Shown piece after piece: positions 19,666-20,000 of a stretch of DNA of 20,000 nt. The notes under the pieces are model-generated. The model worked only from the letters and a program-made list of their open reading frames with translations. It did not search any database and was not told the DNA's origin. The DNA comes from Catajapyx aquilonaris (lineage: Eukaryota), in assembly GCA_000934665.2 (NCBI GenBank), contig KZ538648.1:50623-70622 (forward strand), in the 5' to 3' direction. Each line of letters starts with the position of its first letter. The first letter of the stretch is position 1. Both the position numbers and the translations under genes were made by a program.

Positions 19666-20000
19666 ATTTATAGCACTTACTCTCTCGGCTGATAAAAGCA
19701 AGCTAGACAACAGGTAACCTTGTATAAGGCCTGGTTTTCTACTGTAAAATGCGGCTTTATTTGGATTATACGGATGGAAGAAAATTGACTTTTCCTCTCC
19801 GCCGGAAGAAGGAAATGTTCTTTGATTAGGAAGACATCTTCCGCTGGGGGGTGGAGAGAGAGAGAAAAAAACGAAAGCAAAAAAATAACAGAATCAAAAA
19901 CAGCCCAAAAGCTGACTTCTGATTCCGTCATTTGCGGTAGTGAATTCGAAATCACATGGGGTTTCCATATTGGTTAGAAAACTATTTTTTTCTGCAATTT

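Noticed and set aside
19681..19843. Long exon candidate after the strong pyrimidine tract at about 19845-19885 (minus strand)
   Set aside because: The open frame ends in phase 2, incompatible with the phase-1 exon at 19099. The frame that would end in phase 1 has an early stop.

Overview
Eukaryotic genomic DNA, probably from an invertebrate animal (spliceosomal GT-AG signals, TTAGG arrays, long homopolymer runs). There are no prokaryotic genes, and nearly all six-frame ORFs look spurious. The one well-supported gene is the 3' end of a minus-strand gene. Two 63-nt phase-1 exons (19037-19099, 18501-18563) and a terminal exon (16517-16704) splice in frame to xIRMNTGNPLGSTENQVVTLS-GYDNTPGMRGTHYKDPAWTTF-VSPRNSG...PGPLLWLLLLSLGPAWVTWVSR*, a Ser/Pro/Thr-rich stalk ending in a GPI-anchor-like signal. 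The remaining ~16 kb is non-coding and repeat-rich. It holds three unrelated TA-flanked inverted-repeat elements (MITE/foldback), several minisatellites, two interstitial TTAGG arrays, a CRE/YY1-motif tandem repeat, and a ~65-bp dispersed element with facing CTCF-like half-motifs in five copies. Two different MITEs sit at almost the same position next to homologous copies of another short repeat. I see no demonstrably new biological system. The best leads are the dispersed bipartite element, the shared MITE landing site, the TIR-derived minisatellite and a speculative operon-like downstream spliced transcript.
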